In this document: one piece after another, positions 53,506 through 64,000 of the stretch
How positions within the stretch are numbered: position 1 is the first letter of the stretch
How the letters are laid out: the number at the start of each line of letters is the position of its first letter
Origin: Klebsormidium nitens
Lineage: Eukaryota; Plantae; Klebsormidiophyceae
Reading direction: 5' to 3'
NCBI GenBank assembly: GCA_000708835.1
Contig: DF237096.1
Location: 1-64,000 of the forward strand
Length of the DNA: 64,000 bases
Program-made: the position numbers and the translations under genes
Notes under the pieces: model-generated
What the model saw: the letters and a program-made list of their open reading frames with translations, nothing else
Told to the model about the DNA's origin: nothing
The model's database searches: none

Positions 53506-54327
53506 CATGAAAGCTTTTGGTACGCGCGTTATTTTAGATGAAAGCGATAGAGTCAGCGTAGCGCAGGGATAGACCCCACGAGGGTCTGACGGTTTTCGGG
53601 AAACGACAAGGTCCTCCTTATTACTGAGAAGCAGGTAGTTATGGAACTTGCCTGTCAATGGATGCGGCAAGAGTCTGGCCGGGCCAATAAAGAGCAAAAA
53701 CGGCCCCGCTTGAAGCTTGAGTAGGTGCAGTGCAGTGATGCATTTGCCTTCCGTTGATGCAATGCTCTCTTGCAAGCAAAGACCGTACTGTATAGTAGCT
53801 GAAACGCCGCAATGGATCGTTCGAGTAGCTAGAGCTTACGGAACCGAACACACACAGTAGAGCTTGTTGAGATGGCAAGCCATTGAACGCCTAATTATAA
53901 TATCCCGTACTGTCAAGTTCTCGTCTTGGTACATGCATTTGAAGATGCACGCAGCGCGGCGCCGCAATGTACGGTTTACGTCACTTGTCTGTAGGCCGAC
54001 GGTTTGATTTGATCATGACTTGTTAAACGCTGTGAGCTATATTTGATTGGATCATGAGATGCACTACAATCGAAACGTAGTGACCCAGGCTTAGTACCTA
54101 TAGCCCTGGCAATCGACTGCGGAGGCTTCCACTCACTGGTGCAACAGTACAAGAACTTCGGAAGTTGAAGCAAGTAGCATGTGAAAACGGCATATGATGC
54201 GGCCTAATATCGAGCTGTCATCGGACCTATATGCATGTGGAGCTGGGCTGGAATGCGGGGGCCTTATCGCCGACTCAGCAGAATCAGAAGAGCCAACATG
54301 TGAAGACGAGCCAAGAACCTTTGTCTT

Positions 54328-57300
54328 TTACTCTACCTTCGCTTCACCGCTTGGTCGGACATCAAGGCCTACGGAGCTATATTGCGACACGGCTTCCCTG
54401 ACGAATCTGCAAACAAGAGTATATTGGATTCGGTAAGACAAGACAAGGATGGCGAGTTGCACCGGGGAGTACTTTGAGTGCCCAACAAAGCAAGCGTTCC
54501 AATGTTGAGTAACTTGGGCAACATAAATGCAGCTGATCGAATGGCTCAACAGCTTTTTGATCAGAGGTGCATCATTCGCTGGATTTGACGGGCCGCTTCC
54601 AAAGGGGTTCTTTATGTTGGCAGGCCACCTGATTTCAAGCGATCTGGCGATAGGAAGAACGCAGTGCCAACATTTGACGGGTCGGCATGTCAACTCCGTC
54701 CTCGTTAGGTTACTTGAACTTCACAGCAATATGATGGCACGGACGCCTCAGCCAATTGCCGCTTCCGCAGGGATGAGTTGTTTTCTTCGATACGCAGCAA
54801 GCCAGAATACCGCAAAGCAATCCCGAACAGATAACGGACCAGCCAGCACTCCACTCACTTTCGAAACTTGTCCTCGTTTGAGGTCATGATCTGGATCGCC
54901 GCGACAAAAGAGAGCACAATCCCTGCACAGGAAACAGAGGACGGCATAAACGAAAGCCGCAGAGGACGGAAAAGCCATCAACCAGGTATCAATTTGGCGG
55001 CAAAGACAATAATCTTGAGCTTGTACTCAGAACCACTTCTCGTAAGTGTCAAGACCGTGATTGCACAGAGGTACGTTGCTCGTAAGAAGGTCTGTTAAGG
55101 GGCACAGGATCGAAATACCCTCGTCAACGTGGTACTAGGAATCTCGGAGAGGACGTCGTCAGGCGATAAACCATACTCAGGCTGTGGTTCTGAAACTTGA
55201 CTGAGGGCCCGGGAGAAATCAGCTCGTTTTGCCGGCGCGCTTGGCATGGAACGATTGAATGACTGAAATGCAATCGCGTCGTTCTTTCGTGACTTGACAA
55301 AGTCTCGCAGTCACACCAAACCTGAAGCAAGACTTAAGCTAGATGACTTCTCAGTACCCCGAAACTACGGTGCGCAGTTGACGTCAGTGACAACGGCTTG
55401 GGTGGACAATCTCGTAAGCGAGCAATAGAAGTTCGTCACCGGGGAGAAACGTCCGTGTATGATGAAATAAGCAGGACGAGTCGCGATCGACTGCTGGTTT
55501 CAATACCGCCGCTTACCTGTCGTGAACAATACCAGAAGTCCCGTGTTCACGTCCACGTCAGACTTTTCTCGCCTGCAGGGTAACAGATGACGTCACCCGT
55601 TCAGGACTTGGCTTCAAGAGGGATGGAGTAGAATATGCTGATGTTAACGAGCACGAAGGTCGTGGCTCAGTCTCCGTGTGTCTTTGTCAGGCGTGGACCC
55701 ATTTGTCGAGGCCCAAAGTGCGGAAGGCTAAGGGTCTGGAAGCTTAAGAATTGAGCACATGGAGAATTGGCAGTTGTCGAGGTCCAGTCCCCCGGACGTT
55801 GCTCAGAAACGACCGTGAAACGATATGCACGAAAGCACAGAAAGCCAGCACAGTTACATGCATGTGGAGAAAGGAGAACTGCAATTGGTTTAGAACTGAG
55901 GTCGCCGAAGGTCTTCATTTGATGCCAGTCAGCCAAGTTCCAGGCATGGGGCACTTGCGCTCTAAGTAGGCATCCTTAGAGAGAGTCTGAAGGTGTGGCC
56001 CCCAGCAATTAGGTGCATATCGTTGACCCTTGGTGGAATGGAACAAAGATCTACCAAATCATAGCACGTGCTCTCAATCCTTGAGGACACTAGATAAGAA
56101 AGGGGTCCAGAGCGAGCAATCAACTCTTCAAGGAAGCCTCAAGAGCCGTTTCAGAAGGTTCGATCCAGTAACATACCAGGTATAGCGCACCATCACGTGC
56201 TTGGGCCAGTGATCCGGCTTGCTGTACTCCTCTTTCAGCTGTGCGTGCGTCTCCTCAACTGCGGCAGGGAGCGCAAAACGGTAAGTGCTTCCAAGCACTA
56301 CTTTTGGCTTAGCGAAATGGATAGGGACACTTTGAATATCTTACAGAGCTTGATGGGACGAATGTTCTACTTGACTGGGCTTCTGAAGTTACCTTGCTCG
56401 GAAACTGTATTTCCGGACGATAGACCAACGAATCGAAAGAGTAATTCTGAAGGAAGAATTCGTATATGGAGGTGGAGTCGTTCAAGGCTTGCACCCAAAG
56501 AATTTCCGCTACTCGATTCCTGAAGAGCCCTAGGGCCCAAGCTTTTGCAGGTCGCTTCTTGAAGAGGCCCGCGAATACAAACCGGGCGAATTGCGTGAAT
56601 CACAGCAAGCAGATCCGCAGTCCAACACCGCGCTGGAACCTCTAAACCATCTTTGAAATTAACGCCGATCAGAGGAGGAACTTTGGACACCGACGTAAAA
56701 GCACAGACAGCAAAAAATCGGAGGCGACATCCTGCTTCTTGGGAAAAGAGAACAATAAGAGAAGTAAGAAAGTGATTCTCGCTGTTCGCTCACACTCTTC
56801 CGGCAGCTCATCCACCCGTGCTCGGACGCCCTTTAAATCCGTCCCTGACCAAGACAGCTCCACTTCGATGATGGGGAGAGACTTTGCCTTTGGACTCAAG
56901 AGAGTCACCCAGGGGGTGAGGTACTTCTCCCGGCCGAACGAGAGCGACAGCTTGTACGTGTCGTCATCTTGATAGCCGGTAGGCTTCGGGATGGGTAGCA
57001 CCACCTGAGAGGAGTCCCAATTATGGTGTCAGCATGATGTCAGCAGCTCAGAGGAGATGAGCTATACTGCTGGCAGAGTTGTCTTTTAGCTTCTGTTTGA
57101 CACAGAATTGTAGAAAAGACCGGTGTGGCTAGGAAACTGGCCTAGTAAATCGGTGTAATGTTGGTTGAGACGATGCTGACAAGGGGCACTATCCTGCAAG
57201 ACTTTCTAATCGGGGGTTCCTGGTTCTTCCTGGACTTTGCCACAGCTAAGCAGGTTCTGTGTGGGGCTCAACCCTTCTAAAGCAAGCGACCCAAAGAGAT

Positions 57301-58081
57301 GAACGATTCCAATCATTCACGGGAGGGTTGCCTCCGGGTCAAGAATTGTAGCGGAGAACGCAGCGGTGAAGGAGCACACTTGGATTCAAGAGGGGCGCAA
57401 GTCTTACTTTCCTCCATCCTATGATCCATGGGCAATGTGCGGGGTTGGACTCTTACAATGGATGATTGTGATCTTGGAAACTCTGCTTCTGAGGACTCCT
57501 ATCCTTACGTATCTTAGACCCAGCTTTAGACTGCTGATTTCTCTGTCAAAGCTACAACAGAAGTCCATGCGTTTACAACCGAAGGGGACATCCTGTCATG
57601 CTTTGAAGATCAGTACTGGTGACAAAGTACTTACAAAACAATCAGCTGGCCAGATTGGAATACTGGTCAAGAAGATGATGTCAATGGACAGGCCCATTTG
57701 AGACCATGTCACATGTCACAACGCTCTCATTCGACCACAGACTCCGACAATTCAGTCACTGCGCATCACAATTTCCAGATATGCCGGACCCAAGTCCTTC
57801 ATGCGATACTTCACAAAGATCTTGCTTTGACTTTTTGCCACCATCGGAATTCCTTCAGAGGTAATTGAATTGGTCAGATGCAAAGGTTCGAACGGACTAA
57901 CCAGGCGGTCAACCCCAAACCTTGGACAATGCCTCCCTAAGGCATCGTGCCAATGCGTGCGCAGCTTGTGATACTGACCCCTCCGTTGTGTAGGCACTAA
58001 ATCTCCAAAAGTGTATGCATTTGCTAGGCCTATGATGCTTGCAATGTAGAGCAGCGGCAGCAAGCGTGTGCGGACTCCCAT
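54328..58081 (-). CDS. NPU: Conserved single-pass membrane protein resembling Arabidopsis NPU (No Primexine and plasma membrane Undulation)
   Basis: Exons 58081-57902, 57004-56794, 56258-56177, 55572-55517, 54922-54859, 54406-54328 sum to 672 nt (223 aa). Signal peptide then AYTFGDLVPTQRRGQYHKLRTHWHDALGRHCPRFG, LPIPKPTGY, HWPKHVMVRYTW, a transmembrane segment and KFVREAV. Family assigned from recalled similarity, not a search. Confidence 0.8.
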
Positions 58082-58347
58082 CTTCAGAGGTGGTGAACTC
58101 CCCTACAAGGCCTAAAAGCGTTTTGTACCCACCCTCCCTCAATGAGGACCTCAATGAGAAGCTTTCTGGCGCCTGAAGTCTGGAATAATGCACACGCCCT
58201 TGCAACAATGCAAGTTGCAGGAATCAGATACGGTAGTAGTAGGAGACAAAGTTTTGCCTCGATGGTCACTTCGTATTGGTCGATTTGCAGGGCAGCTCAA
58301 CACTGCGCACAACGTGGGGTTATAAAATTACGAGGCCGCACAGCGCC

Positions 58348-58468
58348 GTGGTTCGTTCATACCTAGGCTATTGCGCCGGATCCCATCAGACCTCCGAAGC
58401 TAAACGCCTGTGGGCAAGAATAGTACTGGAATGGGTGACCTTCCGGGAAGTCCTTGTGACGAACCCAT
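58348..58468 (+). rRNA. 5S: 5S rRNA gene (single copy in window)
   Basis: GTGGTTCGTTCATACC...GGATCCCATCAGACCTCCGAAGCTAAACGCC..GGGCAAGAATAGTACTGGAATGGGTGACCTTCCGGGAAGTCCTTGTGACGAACCCAT. Helix I GGTTCGT/ACGAACC, compensated helix IV GGAA/TTCC, box A and box C present. TATA-like TTATAAAA about 28 nt upstream; TTTT terminator at 58474-58477. Confidence 0.95.
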
Positions 58469-59251
58469 CCATATTTTGTAGCTGAACACTCGAGCTGAAA
58501 CTTTTTTTGACGGGTGCAAGTTTGAAGTCACCGAATCTTCTTTTGCACTTCAATCCAATCGGGGCCGGTCCCCCCGAACACCCCCGCGACCTCAATTGCT
58601 TGCATGGTGGCCTTCACCGGCGTTCAATGTTGCACATGCCACTTTGAACATCAAGCGCGCAGCCCCCAGCTTCAATGCAACATGCACTTTAACGATCTTC
58701 GCTAAGAGCTTCAATAATAAATGAGCTCCCTTTCAATGCAATGCGGATCTTTCTTATAGCTACTCAGTAGCCTTGCCCAATGAATACTTGTTGGAGAACA
58801 CCATGCACATTGCATGCAAGCAATGCATCATGCAGTTGCGCGTCGAATCGCATCATGAATGCGCTAGGAAATCATCCGGATGTTATGCATGCTAGCACTG
58901 GGTTGCATATATACTGTATCATGGTCCTGATATGCAGCCTTTCGCTAGATGGACAGCCTGCTGATAAACATGTCATGTCAGCACCGTACTTGCTTGAATC
59001 GCATGGCAAGTGGCGTGTGAGGAAACCGCAAAATGGAAACAATGGAATTTCATTTTACAATATCCGTTTCAGCTTCGGCCGAGCTTAAACTTGAAGTTAA
59101 AGATAGGACAATCTGGTTTGTGAAGCCATCGTTTTCCTCCTTGTCACGAGCATAATACTGATTTGTGATACTTATATGTCGATCTTCGCACTCATTGTGG
59201 CTACCTAATATATATAACTTACACCAAGTCCCAGATCCGTTGACTGATTTT

Positions 59252-62200
59252 CTAGACCTCAGGTTCCTTCATGATCAACCTATACGGCCGCCGTGGATTT
59301 TTGTATCTTCTGTACACAACGAAACATATACCCAGAGCAACAACGACTAGAGCAGCAATGGAAAGGTAAGCAACGGGCCCTTGTAGAGTCAACCCGTTCA
59401 GCGAGTCCCGTCCAGCGGCCAGCTGCGAGAGGGACAAAGCCGCACATGTTCAACGAGGGAAGGACTCGCTTGTCAGACAGCATGCTTTCAATTTCCTGTA
59501 GCTCTGTACGGCCTGCGCCTGCAGGCGCGCACAGGCCCGACGGCCCAACATTGTGGAATGCGACTAGAAGCCTTAAAATCACCAATATTGCAAAGATAAT
59601 GCACGCCTAGAGACCAAACCAACCTGTCCACAAAGCCTCCCCCAAACAGAGACCACTTAGATTTCCCGCTATCAACCGGGAACATAAACGAAAGAGAAAA
59701 GGACAAGAAGATAGGTATTGCGAACCAACCTGCGCCTGCAGGCTCGCCACCAGACGCCCCAGCGCCTCCACGTTTGCCGACGTCTCCTCCCCGGCCCCCG
59801 CCCCGGGCGCCGCGTTCAGAAACTCCGGCGTCGTGCTCGCGAGCCGCACGAGCTCCGCGCAACCGGCGTTCATGCTCCGCTTCTTGGTGTACACGTCAGT
59901 GAGGCACTGCCCGTAGACACCAATCACGAAGCCGCCCAAGCCTTTGGCTTCCTCGCCCTTGCAGTAGCGGCCGACGTCAGCGTCGCACACGGCGGTGAGG
60001 TCGGAGTTCTCCTTGTACTGAAAGAGGGCCATGCGGACCGCGTACGCGACCTCGGACGCGCACTCGCCGGACAGCGCGGCGGAGTTGGCGATGAGGCACT
60101 TGAGGACCTGGGGACAGGACGAGCACCCAGAGGATTGGATTTGGGTTCCGGGATTCAGCACGCTTTTGATCATGACTAGATAGATGGCGATGATTAACCA
60201 ACTCCTAGTCAGTGCGGACGAATTGGCGATGAGGCACTTGAGGACCTGAGGACAGGGAGAGTCGCGGCCGGTTGACTTTGGGTTTCGAACTTGGACACGA
60301 GTTGAATGATATCCGTAGAAAGTGCTTGAGTTCATAGAGACGCCCAAGCGGGGCGGAGTTGGTGACGAGGCACTTACGAGGACCTGAGGACAGGAGGAGC
60401 GCCCGAAAGCTAAACTCTGGGTTGCAGGCTTTGCGCAAAAACTTTTGAAGGAGAACAAAGTGAAAGATCCAATTAACAAGCTCCTAGAAAGGCAGCAGAA
60501 TTGACAATCATTCACTTGAGGACCTGACGACAGGCAGAGCGACCGTCTTTAATGAAGATTGTGGTTCAGAAACTTGAGACATGAACTGAAGGCCTCATTT
60601 CAAAGGTGCCCTGACTTGTAGCGACGCCCAATCGAACTTTTATGACAGGTCCGCCAAAAAGAGCAGCGAGCACCATATGTCAGCACGATGCTCAGCTGCG
60701 GAAGCAACAGGTCCCTGCACGCTACGTAATATCCTCGTCGCTTCGTTACACAGGCGGGAGCTGAGACGGTCGGAATCCTAAGGAGAACACGTAACCTAAG
60801 GCCACGTCAGCAACGCGCAACACGTGTCTTGAACACTGTGTTTACCTCAGTGAAATACTCAGCGGCTGGGTTTGATGTGCCCGCACACGGTCTGGACGTC
60901 TTCGTCGCACTCCTTGTGGACATTAACGTGCCTAACCAGACGCTTGACTAAAGACCTCTCCCCACGTCAGAGGGGGGACAAGCACCTCCATGATCTAATC
61001 ACAAACCGCAAGAAACGCGCTTACCTCAGCATGGTACTCCACCGCAGGATCACCGTGCGAGCACACGTTGCGGACGTTGTTGTCGCACTCCTTGCGCAAA
61101 GGCGCAAGTCGTCAAATTTCTACCAAACTCCTAGAGCCACGTCAGCTGACGAACCGCTTACCTCAGCGTGGTACTCCGCGGACGGGTCGACGTGCGCGCA
61201 CACGTTGCGGACGTCCTCGTCGCACTCCTTGCGCAGGCGCACGTCGAGGCGGTAGTCGGACGCCTGGCGCTCCTCCTGCTTGTTCACCTCCTCCTTGCAG
61301 GCCACACTGAACTCGACGCGCGCCACGTTCTGCTGCAGGCACGCAAACGCCTCGCCGTTCTCGGGGCTCGACTTGCGGCAGTAGCCGTGCAGCTCTGCGG
61401 GGGGTAGGGCATAGGGTGGGTTATGAGAGACGTGTAAGAAAGTCAACGTGGGGTCGATACCAGGCGATAGCTCTCGCCCTTTTCAGGGCTCGACTTTCGG
61501 CAGTAGCCGTGCAACTCTGCAGGGGGAAGGGCATAGGGTGGGTTATGAGTGGCGTTACAAATCTTGACCACTGTCCATATGAGGCGATAGCTGATGCCTA
61601 GTCGATTTTGGAGCTCGACGTGCGGCAGTACCCGTGCAGCTCTGCGTTAAAAGGGTACATGGAGGGGGTTCGACGAATGGTTAAAATTATCGTCTTTTGT
61701 TGACGAATACCCCCGCGAGTTGGCACCTGATGCCTCGCCGTTGCCTTGCGGCAGCACTGGTGGATGTAAGGACAAGTACAAAGGTAACGAAACGACTTTT
61801 GATTTGAAAGCGGACCCAAGTGCTGGAACAAAGAGCCGCACACCTTTATGCAAGTTGCGAGATCAGGGAGCCGCAAAATCAACGTCGACGTCTCGAGAAA
61901 CGATCAAACGAACCCATTGGACGGAATGGTCGATACCGTTGAGGGCCCTCCGGCGGAGCATGCGCGAGTCATCCACAGGTCGGACTCTGTCACTAACAAA
62001 CAACTATTGCATTCTGGCCTGTTCAACGATCAAGCGGGGAATTTCACTTGTCCATGAACTAATTTCGACATCTGCCTTCCTCCGCCAAGATCTGGTACAT
62101 AAGGAGCGAGGTTTTCAATAATAGTCTGTCCCTCACCAGCCGAGCATGCACGCATTCTGTCCTGTTGAACGGCAAACTGAGGACTTGCCCCTCGTGTTCA

Positions 62201-63749
62201 AAAATACTTCAGACAGAAACACTTCTCCCTCGAAACGAAACCTAGTACAGAAGAGATGGCGTTTTGAGAAACAGTCTGCCTCTCACCAGCGGAGCACGCG
62301 TGCGTGAGCGCGGGGATGAGCCGCAGGTCGGACGCCTCCATGATGCTGAACTTGAGCTCCTCCTTGCGGCACGCGTCGCTCAGCCGGTCGCGGTGCGTGC
62401 GCAGGCACGCCAGCTGGCCGTTGTGGTCTGGGCGCGCGCTCCCGCAGAACGTCCGGATGTCGTTGCTGCATTTACAGAAAGCAAAGAACGGCGTCTCCAC
62501 CTATTTTTGACGTAGAAAACATGCATGCTGGGTTTCCTTATCCCAGATCAGAGATTGCGCTCCTGCAGAACGTTCGGATGTCGTTGCTGCATTAACAGAA
62601 AACAAAGTACGGCATCTACACCTTTTGTTGACGTAGCAAATATGCATTTTGGCTTCGTTATCTGGGATCAGAGAGTGCGCTCCCGCAGAACGTTCGGATA
62701 TCATTGCTGCGGTTGGGAGTGCAACACAATCGTCAGGGCTGAATGCAAACGGGTTTGCGATTGTGCAAACGACCGCAGAAACGTGCAAAGGAAGCTGAGG
62801 GCACGACATTCATATCAAGCGAGAGAGAACTTAGTTGCAGGACCATGGTGCAGGCTCCCGCCGGCGCAAATGCCGACCCGACAGTCGAAAACATGGAGGT
62901 CGACGTCGTGAAACCCCCCGACAGCAATCTTGAGGGAATTCGGTGGCGCGAGTGTGTTCTTGCGCAACACCCCATTTGGTCGGCACAACGCAGGAGGGCC
63001 GACGGCAAGCTTAATGGATTCAACTGTACAACACAGATCGAAGTCCAACTGGCCACTTTGCAAAGCGCCGGATTCCGGGAGCTGCGAACAAGGGGACAAG
63101 CACTGCTGAACGTTGGCTTGTCCTTCTTCCAGACCGTGAACACTCCCATCCCGTAGTAAAGACGTCATAAAAGACTAGAAAGACGTCAGCAAACATGATT
63201 TCACCCGCAAGCCTGCACAAAGGCAGGTGGGTGCGACTTCCTTCACGCCCTTGATTGCAGTCCCAAATCAGAGCACGATTCCCCCAATGCAGCTCGCCCA
63301 ACTTACACACTGTGCTTGGAGTCATCAAGGCATTACTGACGACATCGAACTTGCGAGGGCTCACCTCGAGGCCTGCGCAACCTGCCCTACGGTCGGGACG
63401 GACGTCGCGCACCTCCATCTCTTCAACCGCAAACAACCTAACGATTCCCGGAAAGCACGCCGTCATCGAACACAAACAGGACGGCAGCAAAACCAATGAA
63501 CTCACCTGCAAGCCTGCGCGAAGGGCAGGTCGGTGCGGAAGTCGCGCACCTCCATCTCCTCGAACGCGAACACCTCCTCGCGGCACTCGTCGCTCGTGAT
63601 CTCGTCGAACTTGTCCTGCAGGCAGCGCAGCACGGTCCCATGGCACGTGATCGGACCCCCCGTCGCGAGCTCGTTGCACGCGCGCACGCAGTCGAGCCGG
63701 TTGACCTCGTTCACGCACGCCTTGTGCAGGCGGTAGTTGAGGCGGTAGT
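59252..63749 (-). CDS. GLG1: Golgi apparatus protein 1-like (GLG1/MG-160, cysteine-rich FGFR repeats), type I membrane protein; 5' part outside window
   Basis: Exons 63749-63506, 62465-62287, 61394-61162, 60107-59730, 59422-59252. Repeats DYRLNYRLHKAC..CHGTVLRCL..CREEV, DFRTDLPFAQAC..DIRTFC..CLR..CRKEE, DYRLDVRLRKEC..VLKCL; transmembrane segment VAYLSIAALVVVALGICFVVY and a short basic tail. Confidence 0.85.
60107..60530 (-). repeat. Four tandem copies of a GLG1 acceptor site plus exon start (138/138/140-nt spacing)
   Basis: CAG|GTCCTC at exon-start positions 60107 (real), 60245, 60383 and 60523. Confidence 0.9.
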
Positions 63750-64000
63750 CTGTAGGGGGAGGAGCGCGGGGCAATGAGTACGTTCTCCCGTTCAATTACT
63801 GTCAGCTTAAACAATTTACCAGAAATGGAAGACTCGAAGTCCAATCTTAATCAAAACAATGCGATTCAAAGGTATACCTATCAGTACGAAAATGAGAAAC
63901 ACTTTGAAAGTACCAACTTCAGAAAAACACGAACTTATGAAATAGACATTTATACACGTAGCTTGAGCACGAAGGTGAATTGCGTCTGGGGCGAAGTTTG

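Noticed and set aside
56157-56166. GGTTCGATCC as a tRNA T-loop
   Set aside because: No acceptor stem, D-arm or anticodon arm can be folded around it.
58348-58600. 5S sequence as the head of a SINE3 or a Cassandra LTR
   Set aside because: The 5S is full length with an immediate T4 terminator. I see no tail, TSD or second LTR copy in the window.

Overview
Eukaryotic genomic DNA with intron-rich genes, GC-rich exons and two assembly gaps (43161-43747 and 45198-45290). Gene content points to a streptophyte (charophyte) green alga, probably Klebsormidium-like; this is an inference. Eight protein-coding genes were reconstructed by hand from splice sites and reading phase: an MSL10-class mechanosensitive channel (-, 3' end runs off the window), SGT1 (+), a secreted papain/cathepsin-L-like protease (+), TIPIN/Swi3 (-), ATRX/CHR20 (+), a class I LBD transcription factor (+), an NPU-like membrane protein (-) and a GLG1-like cysteine-rich-repeat protein (-, 5' end runs off the window). 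There is also one solitary, structurally intact 5S rRNA gene, a 432-bp hAT-type MITE with an 8-bp target-site duplication, and some decayed accessory DNA. The most unusual signal spans the whole window. At about 13 exon-intron junctions in five genes, the intron holds 1-6 degenerate tandem copies ('echoes') of the adjacent splice site plus 40-90 nt of exon. Spacing is mostly 120-165 nt and the AG or GT is often retained. In ATRX and GLG1 the echoes are frame-preserving and stop-free. In SGT1 the echo would act as a poison acceptor. No CRISPR array, tRNA or prokaryotic system was found.
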